Below, one piece after another: positions 35,753 through 45,061 of a stretch of 64,000 nt of DNA. Both the position numbers and the translations under genes were made by a program. The stretch is taken from the IMG/VR virus record IMGVR_UViG_3300031576_000008, positions 1-64,000 of that record. One strand, 5' to 3'. The notes below the pieces were generated by a model. It did not search any database, was not told where the DNA came from, and saw only the letters and a program-made list of their open reading frames with translations. The DNA is from a virus. The stretch's first letter is position 1, and every line of letters begins with the position of its first letter.

Positions 35753-35989
35753 TCATTGGCTCGCAACGCGCAGCGGTTCCTTGCTCGCCCGACGCGGGCG
35801 ATGGATGCGGTCCCATCGGGCCTGCTTGGATTGCCGATGAGCGTCTTCAAGGCAGTCGTCGCATAGCCGGATCACGATCCTGCCGGTCTTGATGACATTG
35901 ATCGAACTCACGGCCGAGTGCTGCTTCGTGCAGCCCATGCATCCGCCGACTTCGAAGATGCAGGCCCGGGTCACTACGATGTTAGACAT
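35753..35989 (-). CDS. Small Zn-binding hypothetical protein
   Basis: Two CxxC pairs. Confidence 0.45.
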   Translation of the reverse strand: MSNIVVTRACIFEVGGCMGCTKQHSAVSSINVIKTGRIVIRLCDDCLEDAHRQSKQARWDRIHRPRRASKEPLRVASQ

Positions 35990-36503
35990 GGCTGGTCCGT
36001 TCGTCATTCGATTCAGCTCGCAGGACGATCTCGATCCCCGCAAGTGCGCTGGCGGGAAGGCTTCGCAGCCTCCGGACCTGCTTCTGTGACCCAACCTCGC
36101 ACCGGCAAAGATGAATCTGCAGGCGACGCGCCTTGGTCAAGAATGGCCCAACGTCACGATTGGGGACCTCGCAGGAGATGCTCCTCATGAACGCCCCGGA
36201 ATCGCAATCATCCCGGAATGGGAGGCCCATGAGTTCGCTCAAGCGACTCAGATTGACCGCCATGACCATGTGCCGAAGCGTCTCCTCGAGGGGGCCATCC
36301 ATCTCCAGATCGAGACGGGCAATCACGCACTGGCCGGGAGTCAATCCTGAAGCTTGGGAAGATTCCTTTTCGAATTCATCCAGAATGCCCTTGTCCTCAT
36401 CGTCATCGTGCCAGAGATTACTGGCCACTTTGACGAGCTTCGGTTCCTTCTCGCGCTCCTTCTTGTCTTTCTTCTTGTCCTTCTTCTTGTGTTTTTTGCT
36501 CAC
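35982..36503 (-). CDS. Hypothetical protein with Lys-rich N-terminus
   Basis: GTGA-coupled start inferred. Confidence 0.55.
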   Translation of the reverse strand: MSKKHKKKDKKKDKKEREKEPKLVKVASNLWHDDDEDKGILDEFEKESSQASGLTPGQCVIARLDLEMDGPLEETLRHMVMAVNLSRLSELMGLPFRDDCDSGAFMRSISCEVPNRDVGPFLTKARRLQIHLCRCEVGSQKQVRRLRSLPASALAGIEIVLRAESNDERTSHV

Positions 36504-36844
36504 TTGAGCTTTCTCCCGGTACTCCCGTCGATGATGGTGATCTTCTTGAACTCGTCCCTGATGTATGCTTCCAGACCGGGACGATAGATGGTGACGTGCT
36601 GTAGCGTAGGCATGCAGTCGTAGAGCGTGTCGATCAGGACATCCCGGTTGTTGATCTTGATGACGATACGCCGCCAGTCCAGCTCGCTGCGCTCCTCGAC
36701 ACGGCACTTCCGTTCTTTCGCCCGAATCATCAGGGCGTTCAGGTCCCCCAGATCGTAGAGAAGCTCCACGATTGGCCGGCTCATGTCGATGCTCAAGACA
36801 ACCTCTGCGATCATCGGCGGGGCCTTGATCCGAGTCCTAGGCAC
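36500..36844 (-). CDS. Hypothetical protein
   Basis: Coupled ORF. Confidence 0.6.
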   Translation of the reverse strand: MPRTRIKAPPMIAEVVLSIDMSRPIVELLYDLGDLNALMIRAKERKCRVEERSELDWRRIVIKINNRDVLIDTLYDCMPTLQHVTIYRPGLEAYIRDEFKKITIIDGSTGRKLK

Positions 36845-37187
36845 GCTTGGCCTCCTTCAAGCGCTTCTTCTTGGCCGACTTGTGATCGTGCTTCTCCTGC
36901 TTGAGCCGCTCCCGGTCCTCGGCGCTGTAATTCAGCCTCAGGCGATAGAGCGATCGAATGGCCTGATCGAAGACGGTCTTCGTGCGGTCCAGTTCGCGGA
37001 TCATCTCGTCGATCTGCTTCTCATCAGGCAGGTCGGGCCGGTAGCTCCGCTCCATGATGGAAGAGAGGAACTCCTCCACGGCATGCGGGCAGGAAAGGGA
37101 GGTGCGGTCCGCATTGAAGTCGAAAATGCGCTCGAGAGCGGGTTGCTGGCGCGCGACCGATTTGACCATGTTCCCCAGAGTGATCAT
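36837..37187 (-). CDS. Hypothetical protein
   Basis: AGGAG RBS. Confidence 0.65.
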   Translation of the reverse strand: MITLGNMVKSVARQQPALERIFDFNADRTSLSCPHAVEEFLSSIMERSYRPDLPDEKQIDEMIRELDRTKTVFDQAIRSLYRLRLNYSAEDRERLKQEKHDHKSAKKKRLKEAKRA

Positions 37188-37198
37188 CTGACTCTCCT

Positions 37199-37244
37199 AA
37201 AAAGAGGCGGGCCAGTCCCTCGGTTGGGAGGGACTGGCCCCTCT
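37199..37244 (-). terminator. Intrinsic terminator
   Basis: GGGCCAGTCCCTC..GAGGGACTGGCCC..TTTTT. Confidence 0.65.
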
Positions 37245-37260
37245 CGAAGATCATCGTGTC

Positions 37261-37770
37261 CTACTTGAGCATTTCGTCGATCAGCTTCTGGAGCTTGTTG
37301 CGCATCGGTTCGAGATTGGTGAGCTTCGTACGCGCCAGATCGGCCATCGACGTGTACTTGGAGATCTCCTTGCTCACCGTCATGAGTCTGGACTGCATCT
37401 GCCGGTAGATCGGGTCGGTCTTACTGATGAGACCGTTCGACGGGCCGACCGCTTCGGCTTCCGCCTTGACCGGCTCACGCCCCGCGAGCTTCATGTCGAG
37501 AGGGACGTTCTTGAACTTGGCACGGGCGATGGAGCACGTGTGCAGATGGTCATTCCACATCTTCGACGGAATCGCTCCGTGCTTGGAACAGATCGGGCCC
37601 GGTGCGGCCGGCTTCTGCGAGACATCGGCCTGCGCCGCACCGTTGGTCCGGACGCCCTTTCTCGCGCAGATCGGGAAATGGCGGGCGTGGCCCAACCACT
37701 GGTAGCCACGGAATTCGCCATGCTTGCACTTGTAGATGTACTGATTCATCGCCAATTTGCTGGCAGCCAT
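37261..37770 (-). CDS. Hypothetical protein (two C..H..H..C motifs plus coiled coil)
   Basis: CKHG..H..C and CSKHG..H..C. Confidence 0.7.
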   Translation of the reverse strand: MAASKLAMNQYIYKCKHGEFRGYQWLGHARHFPICARKGVRTNGAAQADVSQKPAAPGPICSKHGAIPSKMWNDHLHTCSIARAKFKNVPLDMKLAGREPVKAEAEAVGPSNGLISKTDPIYRQMQSRLMTVSKEISKYTSMADLARTKLTNLEPMRNKLQKLIDEMLK

Positions 37771-37879
37771 TGTGGGTTGTTCCTTGAGTGGAAAATGGAT
37801 CGAGACCGTTAAGGACTGGGAGCCGGGGCGACAGGCCCCGGCTCCCCATCGTAGCGCTACGTCATGACTGCCGTGGGTC

Positions 37880-38368
37880 TTAGGCGATCACGCGGATGCG
37901 ATCGCGGAAGACGTACCCACTCTGAGGACGGCCGTCCGGCGTGGTCCAATGGCAATGGACCTTGCCGTAGTTCTCATCGACCGTCTGGACGATCCCCTTG
38001 GACCCGAGCGCCAGAGCCGGAAGCTCCTCCGCAACGCGGACGAGTTCGACCATGGAGCCCGGACGGATCACCTGAGGAAACGCGGACACCACCGGCGCGC
38101 GGGCCGGGAAGATGTCCTTGCCGAGGAACCGCTTGAGGGCCTCGCCGTAGTTCGCCCCGAGCCAGACAACCATCCACGCCGGGAAGGCCACGAGGCCCAT
38201 GGCGAGGGTCATCGGCCAGAGGAACGACAGGCCACCGACGATGAACGACGGCCAACGGCCCTTCGTGTGGACGGTGATGAACCGCCCGACGAGGACCGAG
38301 ATCGCGCCCCACGCGGGGACGCCGGCGGCCACGAGAGCCCACAGCGGAACGGTCAACGCGACGTGCAT
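37880..38368 (-). CDS. Membrane protein
   Basis: Hydrophobic N-terminal half, SH3-like C-terminus. Confidence 0.65.
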   Translation of the reverse strand: MHVALTVPLWALVAAGVPAWGAISVLVGRFITVHTKGRWPSFIVGGLSFLWPMTLAMGLVAFPAWMVVWLGANYGEALKRFLGKDIFPARAPVVSAFPQVIRPGSMVELVRVAEELPALALGSKGIVQTVDENYGKVHCHWTTPDGRPQSGYVFRDRIRVIA

Positions 38369-38485
38369 AGCACGTTCCCTTTCTCACGAAAGTGAGGATG
38401 TACCTACTACACAGCGGACAGGACTCAATAGAGGGCCTCCTTTCTCAATGGACACAGATATAGTCCAACATCACTCGTCCTGACT

Positions 38486-38810
38486 TGGAATTAGTCCGGG
38501 CCGCCTGCTCGACGCGAGCTGAAGATCTCGAGTTCGCGCGCTATGGATCCGAGGTGGATTAACTTCTCCTCGAGATCCGTGATTAATTTTCGATTCGAGG
38601 AACGCAGCTGTACTCGAATCGATCGAGTTTGCTGGTTGCCTGCGTAAGCATCTCCGCGTCCTTGACCGGCAAGCTCGATCGGTTCGAGTACAGACCGTTT
38701 CTCGAATCGATAATTAATCGCGGATCTCGGGGTGAAGTTAATCCACCTTCGGATCCATTGCGCGCGAGCTCGTGATCTGCAGCTGCGGAGTCTCTTGCAG
38801 GACTAACCAA
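38486..38810. repeat. Long imperfect inverted repeat (~120-bp arms, ~26-nt loop)
   Basis: 38517-38637 pairs with 38664-38784, and outer TTAGTCC pairs with GGACTAA. Confidence 0.9.
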
Positions 38811-38925
38811 CAAACCAAGCCAGCGGTGCGCCGGCCTACCATTGTCCCTTCAGACATGGCCTAGGCTCCAGCCTTCCGGAGCAGCTGGTTGTGCCAAGCG
38901 GACTAGACGTCCCAAGTCTTGACTT

Positions 38926-39192
38926 CTACCATTTCGAGACGATGTTTTTGAGCTCCTGCCGCGCCTGAGCGGCAAGCTCCTTCGCTTCCTTCTCGTCCTT
39001 CGCGACAGCCAGATAGACCACTTCGCTATGCATGGGATGCTCCACCGTCTGCTTGACGATGGCTCCTCGCGAAGTACGGCGCACCTCGACATGCCTTGGT
39101 GCCGTCCATCGGAGCTGGATTTCGTAGTCGGTCGTCTCGTCACTCACGAAATGAACTGGCACGACTTCGATGCGGAAGTCATCAGGGATCAT
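38926..39192 (-). CDS. Hypothetical protein
   Basis: Coupled ORF. Confidence 0.6.
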   Translation of the reverse strand: MIPDDFRIEVVPVHFVSDETTDYEIQLRWTAPRHVEVRRTSRGAIVKQTVEHPMHSEVVYLAVAKDEKEAKELAAQARQELKNIVSKW

Positions 39193-39713
39193 GGCTTGCG
39201 CCTCCCGGTCTTGGCAATGCCACGGCCAAGCTCGCGGATCCGTGTCTGGAGATGCCCCCAATCGGAAGTCACGAGTACAAAATGCGTCCCAACGAGAATC
39301 CGCTCGAGAATCGGACGCACTTCTGACGGGTCTAGGCCTCCGGCACCGCAGCCAACGATCGGCACGGCGATCGGGTCGAGATCAGGCCATTCGGCCAGCT
39401 CCTTGGCGCTCTTTTCGATGAGCTCGAGGCTTGCCTTCGATTTCCACGAAAGCCAAGGAGATTGCTTGTTGAACGGCTTGACTGGGAACAGAATGATCGA
39501 CGTACCGGAGTACTGTACGACCGTGATGTCCGCCCCCAGTTTCTTGCAGAGATCCCCGTACCATTCGGCAATCCCGGGGTACCGCTCCGCCGCATCCTTC
39601 GCCAGCCCCTTGCCCATGATGTTCGAGCCAGACGAATTCCAGCCGATGTTCGTAGGCACGACGATCAGGTGTGTCTTGGTGAGCTTCCAGATGTCTCCTG
39701 TCAGCGTTTTCAT
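39189..39713 (-). CDS. Macrodomain (ADP-ribose) protein
   Basis: GDIW..PTN..MGKGLAK..YP..FPVK..P-x-VGCGAGGL. Confidence 0.85.
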   Translation of the reverse strand: MKTLTGDIWKLTKTHLIVVPTNIGWNSSGSNIMGKGLAKDAAERYPGIAEWYGDLCKKLGADITVVQYSGTSIILFPVKPFNKQSPWLSWKSKASLELIEKSAKELAEWPDLDPIAVPIVGCGAGGLDPSEVRPILERILVGTHFVLVTSDWGHLQTRIRELGRGIAKTGRRKP

Positions 39714-39822
39714 TCCTCATTCCCGTACCGCAGCCTCCCGCTTCAAGCAGGGGGAGCGGTACCAAGAGTATGACTGCGATGTGATTTTTCATGGTTTCCT
39801 CTCTCCAGAACCGACCTAGCGA

Positions 39823-40053
39823 CTACTCTGCCCCGACTTCCTCGACCTCTTCGTCATCCTCCTCTTCGTCATCTTCTTCGTCATCCTCCTCTTCGTCCTC
39901 TTCGATTTCCTCTTCCTCCTCGCCTTCCTCCTCATCGTCCTCCTCATCGTCCTCTTCGTCATCCTCTTCGTCATCCTCTTCTTCGACTTCCTCGGGATCT
40001 TCTTCGATCTCTTCCTCGCGTCGTTTCTTCTCAGGCAGCATCATATCCTTCAT
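39823..40053 (-). CDS. Highly acidic D/E-rich small protein
   Basis: Long EEDD repeats, GGAGG RBS. Confidence 0.65.
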   Translation of the reverse strand: MKDMMLPEKKRREEEIEEDPEEVEEEDDEEDDEEDDEEDDEEEGEEEEEIEEDEEEDDEEDDEEEDDEEVEEVGAE

Positions 40054-40246
40054 CCCTCCGGATCCTGCGACAGCGACAAATCATCTCAAGGATGATCTCG
40101 AACTGCCATCCTTCTGCGTCATCGACCGGCACATCCTTCAAGATCGCCCGGCACTCCGGACAACGGTAGATCAATCGCGGGTAACCGACGATGGAGATCT
40201 CGAACTTGTCGTTCTCCCAGCAGACATGTTCCCGTGGATTCTTCAT
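40031..40246 (-). CDS. Hypothetical protein
   Basis: CPEC motif. Confidence 0.45.
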   Translation of the reverse strand: MKNPREHVCWENDKFEISIVGYPRLIYRCPECRAILKDVPVDDAEGWQFEIILEMICRCRRIRRDEGYDAA

Positions 40247-40249
40247 GCA

Positions 40250-40450
40250 TCACTTCCGGCCATGAGCCTCATGGCGATGCCGTTTGATGCAGGCTTTGCA
40301 GAAGATGTGACCGCAGGGGCATTTCACGGACGCGACGTACCTGCATCCCGACATGGGACAAAGCTCCACCCACGTTTCGCGATAGGCGACCTCGTCATTC
40401 GCCTGAGCCGTCGGTGGGCACGACTGCGCCAGCTTCCCTCTCCGCGCCAT
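40250..40450 (-). CDS. Small RING/Zn-finger-like protein
   Basis: C..C..CPCGHIFCKAC..H. Confidence 0.55.
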   Translation of the reverse strand: MARRGKLAQSCPPTAQANDEVAYRETWVELCPMSGCRYVASVKCPCGHIFCKACIKRHRHEAHGRK

Positions 40451-41075
40451 CCTCCCCTCCCTCCGGCCGCAGAACCGCGTATTTCTTGCGATGATGTGGC
40501 GTCAAGCCGTATTGCCTGATGGCCTCCCATTGCTTCTTGGTCCTGTAGCCGACCCCCGTGTCCCAGCCGTACTGGGGGTACTCCAGCGCCAATGCCTTCA
40601 TGTACGTATCCCGAGTCGCCTTGGCCACGATGCTTGCCGCCGCAACCGCAAATACTTTCCGATCGGCCTTGACGATATTGTACTGCACGACTCCGGGCTC
40701 GATGTCTACAAGCGTGTGGAAGTCGGTGATCACGGCCTCGGGGTTGACCTTGAGATCGGCGACAGCCCGTTCCATGGCCCGAATGGAGGCGTAGAAGATA
40801 TTGAACTTGTCGACCTCCGCAGGCTCCATCCATCCATAGCCGACGGCGATCGCCTTCGCCTTGATCTCCTCGGCGATTTGGACGCGCGTCTTGTGCTGTG
40901 AAATGAGCTTGGAGTCCCGGACGCCGTCAATCTGGACATCCTTTGGAAGGATGACGGCAACGGCAAGAAGTTTTCCTGCAATGGCGCTCACGCCGACTTC
41001 GTCGACGCCGGCATAGACAATCCCTTGGGCATCGAGCTTACGCTCGAGGACCGACCTCGGGATTGCCTTGTTCAT
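40395..41075 (-). CDS. rnhB: Ribonuclease HII
   Basis: AGVDEVG..DSK..VKAD..VAAASIVAK..RD..YPQYGW..GY. Confidence 0.92.
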   Translation of the reverse strand: MNKAIPRSVLERKLDAQGIVYAGVDEVGVSAIAGKLLAVAVILPKDVQIDGVRDSKLISQHKTRVQIAEEIKAKAIAVGYGWMEPAEVDKFNIFYASIRAMERAVADLKVNPEAVITDFHTLVDIEPGVVQYNIVKADRKVFAVAAASIVAKATRDTYMKALALEYPQYGWDTGVGYRTKKQWEAIRQYGLTPHHRKKYAVLRPEGGEDGAEREAGAVVPTDGSGE

Positions 41076-41084
41076 GCCGGGAAT

Positions 41085-41297
41085 CTATCCTTCGCGGCGC
41101 TTTTCCACGATCTCGTCGATGGAAGCGTACCCCGCGACATCCGACATGAAGGCCTGCCGGTCGTACGGCTTGTCGCTACGCACGGCAGGGGGTGACCGCC
41201 GTAGGGGCGACGTCCCATTCACCTGCGCCTGCATGCGGCCGACCCTGCTCACGATCATGAGCATCACCCATGCGATGATGAAGATGACGAGTTCCAT
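41085..41297 (-). CDS. Small membrane protein
   Basis: N-terminal TM segment, AAGGAG RBS. Confidence 0.55.
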   Translation of the reverse strand: MELVIFIIAWVMLMIVSRVGRMQAQVNGTSPLRRSPPAVRSDKPYDRQAFMSDVAGYASIDEIVEKRREG

Positions 41298-41298
41298 G

Positions 41299-41766
41299 CT
41301 ATTTCTCCTTAGAAATCCACAGCCGATATCCAGTGCCATTAGGCTGTTTCATTTTCGTCAATGTCGATTTGCGGATGGGTTTTGCCCTGCCACGAACGAT
41401 GTTACATGCCTGACATACGGGCGTCACTTCAAGAGGCCGATTGTAGTCGCGATGGTCATACATCGTCGCCTTAGTACCGCAATCCGCACAACGTATGCGC
41501 CCGTTGAGCTTTGGCAGATGCCCTGCCTTGATCGCGGAAGCCACAATGGCCATTGCGATGTTTTGCCCATCGTGATAACAACCCCGGCACATACGTCGGA
41601 CGCCGGGCTGCTCAAATCTCATATCCCACTGTTGCCCGCAAGTCCGGCAAAAGAAAGATTTTTTTCTCCAGAATGGACTCTTGCACTTCGCGCAGATGCG
41701 GACTGGCCACGTTCGAGGGGTCCAGCGATGCTTGCACCGAGCACAGGAAAGAGTTACGAGCTTCAT
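41299..41766 (-). CDS. Zn-finger/HNH-like protein
   Basis: Multiple CxxC, CADCG..HRDYNRPLEV..CQAC. Confidence 0.6.
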   Translation of the reverse strand: MKLVTLSCARCKHRWTPRTWPVRICAKCKSPFWRKKSFFCRTCGQQWDMRFEQPGVRRMCRGCYHDGQNIAMAIVASAIKAGHLPKLNGRIRCADCGTKATMYDHRDYNRPLEVTPVCQACNIVRGRAKPIRKSTLTKMKQPNGTGYRLWISKEK

Positions 41767-41955
41767 CAGACTATCTGAGCTTACTCTAGAGTAAGCTCGA
41801 TCGTCAAGATCTAAATTGACGGCTGGCGGAGATGGACCTCCGCCAGCCGCTGGAGAAACGAGGGGCATCCGGTGTCGGCTTCCCTCTAAGGGTGCAAAGA
41901 GAGGAGATTGACTCAGATACCCAAAGAACGAGCATCCGGCCACACGCCGGATGAA

Positions 41956-42417
41956 CTAATCAACCATGAGCACCAAGACCATGATAGCCCAGACCATCTT
42001 CTGGATGCCGGGCGACTTCGACTCACGGTTGCCTGCGACATTGATGGTCTTGATGCGGTGGGACTCGACCCATGTCTTGATGCGGGCAGGAGCCGCTTCA
42101 GCGTCCTTGGTCAGGTCGATCCACAGAGACGGCTTCTTACGCTCTTCACAAAGACGCATGGTGAGAAGGCTGCCGCGCTCCAGTACGCCGAAAGTGAACA
42201 CGACCGTGCCATCCGACTCGGCCACATTCCTGCGCGTCCGAGGAGGATAGTCGACCGAGTCCATCTCGGTGAGCTGATAGCGATCTGGGATTGGTCCCGT
42301 TTCCGAGCGCCGGCCGCTTGGACACCAACCTCCATGAGGTACGCCAGCATCGATGGCGGCATCAAGACCGCCTTGATCCGCCCCGGTCTGGCCGCCTGAG
42401 ATGATCTTCTCGATCAT
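41956..42417 (-). CDS. SLOG-family 'putative molybdenum carrier' protein
   Basis: KIISGGQTGAD..GGWCP..RTRRNV..SDGT..NVAGNRES. Confidence 0.88.
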   Translation of the reverse strand: MIEKIISGGQTGADQGGLDAAIDAGVPHGGWCPSGRRSETGPIPDRYQLTEMDSVDYPPRTRRNVAESDGTVVFTFGVLERGSLLTMRLCEERKKPSLWIDLTKDAEAAPARIKTWVESHRIKTINVAGNRESKSPGIQKMVWAIMVLVLMVD

Positions 42418-43082
42418 GGCGATGGTGCCTCTGGCGGCTGCCCATGCTTGGGCTTTGAGTAGAAGTGACCCAAGAACTGGGCATAGCTCTCGGAATCGAT
42501 TTTCTTGGCCATATCGATCAAGCTAGCGTAGGGCTCCGAGACAAAGAGATGGATCTTGGACTGCGGGGCGATCATCGAGTTCTTGTAATGATCCACGACG
42601 AGCACCGAAAGAATGAGCAACTCGGGCGGTATGAGATCGGCGTGGCGCAAGCCCTTGATCGCCAGATGATCGAGGCAGAAACACGCCATCTGGCGACGGT
42701 AGTCCTTGGCGACCGTTTCCGGCATGGTCGCAATCTTCTGGTTCAGCCCGTTGATGATCTCCTGAAGCTCGCCGACTTCCTCCTCATGCGCGGTTCTGAC
42801 GGTCCGCAGATCTTCATTCAGGTTCTGGGTCTCGAGCGTGAGCTTATCGACGGCCGCCTTCATCTCGGCTTCCTTGGCGGCGATCGTCTCCTGCAACTTC
42901 TGCGCCTCAGACTGCATCTTCTCCAACGCCTCGCGGGTCGCAAGCGCCGCGCCAGACAGCTCACGAAGCTTGTTGACGTGGGCGGGGCAGAAGCATCGCT
43001 CCTCTTCGATCAGTCGCTTGATGAGAGTCGAGGTGAGTTTCGTGTACTCGCGCGGGCCATCGTCTTTGGTTTTCTTGGCCAT
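42414..43082 (-). CDS. Coiled-coil hypothetical protein
   Basis: Heptad-rich centre. Confidence 0.7.
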   Translation of the reverse strand: MAKKTKDDGPREYTKLTSTLIKRLIEEERCFCPAHVNKLRELSGAALATREALEKMQSEAQKLQETIAAKEAEMKAAVDKLTLETQNLNEDLRTVRTAHEEEVGELQEIINGLNQKIATMPETVAKDYRRQMACFCLDHLAIKGLRHADLIPPELLILSVLVVDHYKNSMIAPQSKIHLFVSEPYASLIDMAKKIDSESYAQFLGHFYSKPKHGQPPEAPSP

Positions 43083-43091
43083 GGCTGGCTC

Positions 43092-43856
43092 CTAGGGGTT
43101 CGGCAGTCCATCCTTCTTGATCTGCTCCAGTAGATACTCGTCGTAGATCTTCCCGGTCGGGAGCTCCTCACAAACCAAGGTCATGCGCCGGGAGACCGTG
43201 ACCTCCTTCTTCAGCTTGGGATTGAATCCTTTCTTCAGGGTGCTGGCCCAATGGATGCCGGTCCCGTTGCGCTGCCATGCCGGCAGACGCGCGAAGTTGA
43301 CTCCGCGCTTGAAGAGAAGCTCGTTTTTGAAATGCGGCCCCTTGTTGAGCAGTTCCTTCGACGCGGCCGCCGCAGATTTTCCCTCGTTCCGGAGCATCCA
43401 GTAGGCCCAGCCATTGAGCGCGCAGCGTGCCGCATCCGCCTGACGCCAGCGGAAGTAATCCACGACCTGCTGATCCCCGATGCCCAGCCAGATGCGGCTG
43501 TCGAACTCGAGGGCGCAGTGCATCTGAAGCGTCATCTGCGAGGTCGCGATCGCGGCCGAGATCGACACGAGCTTCTCGACTTCCCTGTCGAACAGGTCGG
43601 CGTTCCGCCGCAGGAGCACCGAGATCTCGTCGCTTTCCGTGTAGGCATAGAGGCCCGAGAGCTTCTGAAGCAGGACGTTGGCCGTCTCCACCATCATGCG
43701 ATGGAAGCGGTCGTCGAAGGGCTTCTCCATCGTCTCCGTCAGCTTGCTGAAGCTGCGGCCATCCACCCGGATGACGATGTACGCGTCGTCGATCGCACGC
43801 AGGGAATGGAAGTATTCGCCCAGACGCATCTTGGCCTCGAACAGGTCGGGATTCAT
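43092..43856 (-). CDS. Thg1-like 3'-5' polymerase (tRNA-His guanylyltransferase family)
   Basis: IRVDGRSFS, KPFD, YTESDEIS, FDSR, YFRWRQADA. Confidence 0.92.
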   Translation of the reverse strand: MNPDLFEAKMRLGEYFHSLRAIDDAYIVIRVDGRSFSKLTETMEKPFDDRFHRMMVETANVLLQKLSGLYAYTESDEISVLLRRNADLFDREVEKLVSISAAIATSQMTLQMHCALEFDSRIWLGIGDQQVVDYFRWRQADAARCALNGWAYWMLRNEGKSAAAASKELLNKGPHFKNELLFKRGVNFARLPAWQRNGTGIHWASTLKKGFNPKLKKEVTVSRRMTLVCEELPTGKIYDEYLLEQIKKDGLPNP

Positions 43857-43930
43857 GGATGATCTCCTAGAGGAAGCCCCGGGCCCGTTGGGGGCGGGCC
43901 CGGGGCAATTGAGAGAGGGAACTAGCTTGG

Positions 43931-45022
43931 TTAGGCCCCGGCGAGGATCTTCTCCATCGGGGTCGCGAGGACCTTCGCGCCGGCGTCCTCGTACATGTTC
44001 TTGTCGTCGTCGGACAGGTTCTCCCCGTGGACCTGATACGTGACCGCCTGCACGAGACCATAGCGCGTGAAGTCCTTGTCCTTGATGAACTTCTCGCGGA
44101 TCCTGTCGATGGCGCTCTTGGGCAGCTCCGCCAGCTCGACAACCGCCTCGACGGCCTTGACCGGATCGGTGACCTCCTCCTTTTTCGCACCATTCAACTT
44201 GGCGATCACTTCCTCGAACTTCGCGGGATCGAAGGCCGTCCGGATGATGTCGCGGACCTTTCTCCACGTGAGATTGTCGTCCGCTTTCTTAGTGTCGTCC
44301 GACATCCAGCCCTCTTCCTCGATCTTGCGACCGAGGTGGATCTTGGTCAGGCCCTCATCCCAGACATTGAGGTTCCAGCACACGTAGCGAAGCGTCGCCG
44401 GACGCACCTTGAGCTTGCCCTTGCCCGTCTCGGAATTGCCGATCGAGATGGCGGCCACGTGCCGGTCTCCGGCTTCCCACTTGTATCCCGGGCGGTCTTC
44501 CTTGACCTCGCCGGTGATGCCCGGCGCAACGGCGTAGATCCGGAACTCATCATCGGAGAGCCGGGCCTCCCAGATCTCCGCCTTCACTTTCTCGAGCTCC
44601 TCGACCGAGACCATGAAGAGGTCGAAGTTGTCGAGCGTCTTGTAGCTGTTGGACAGGACCGCGCGCACGCGCCCGTCCAGCGTCCGCACCATCCGCTTCT
44701 GGGGGTCGGTGTGCAGGAGGTGCGTCGCGAAATGGGCGAGCTCCTCGCGGTTCTTGGGATTCGTCTCGACCCGGCTCCAGAAATCGAGCGGGAAGCGCAT
44801 CGACTCCGCCAGCTGCGCGCGGCCGGTGCGCGTGAATCCGTAGACCTGCTTGTCCTTGTCCTCCACGTCGAACGTGAAGACGAGCTCGTCGTCGGCGACC
44901 TTGAGCCTCATCTTGCGGGTGTCGCCGACGTAGTCCTTCGACGTCTTCTTGCGGCGCTCGATCTCGGTCATGATCCTGCCGATGCGCTCGCGATCGAACG
45001 TGAGTCCTGCCATGTCGACCAT
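43931..45022 (-). CDS. DUF932-family protein
   Basis: MVRTLDGRVRAVLSNSY..NSETG..RYVCWN..H. Confidence 0.8.
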   Translation of the reverse strand: MVDMAGLTFDRERIGRIMTEIERRKKTSKDYVGDTRKMRLKVADDELVFTFDVEDKDKQVYGFTRTGRAQLAESMRFPLDFWSRVETNPKNREELAHFATHLLHTDPQKRMVRTLDGRVRAVLSNSYKTLDNFDLFMVSVEELEKVKAEIWEARLSDDEFRIYAVAPGITGEVKEDRPGYKWEAGDRHVAAISIGNSETGKGKLKVRPATLRYVCWNLNVWDEGLTKIHLGRKIEEEGWMSDDTKKADDNLTWRKVRDIIRTAFDPAKFEEVIAKLNGAKKEEVTDPVKAVEAVVELAELPKSAIDRIREKFIKDKDFTRYGLVQAVTYQVHGENLSDDDKNMYEDAGAKVLATPMEKILAGA

Positions 45023-45061
45023 GAGTTCTCTCCAATTGGGTTGGTGGTTTCTGGGCCAGCA

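Noticed and set aside
38486-38810. Retron msr/msd or protelomerase site
   Set aside because: No reverse transcriptase or telomere resolvase in the window, and the repeat is imperfect with a large loop.
39791-40519. Poly-Ser ORF on + strand
   Set aside because: Reverse complement of the D/E-rich gene.
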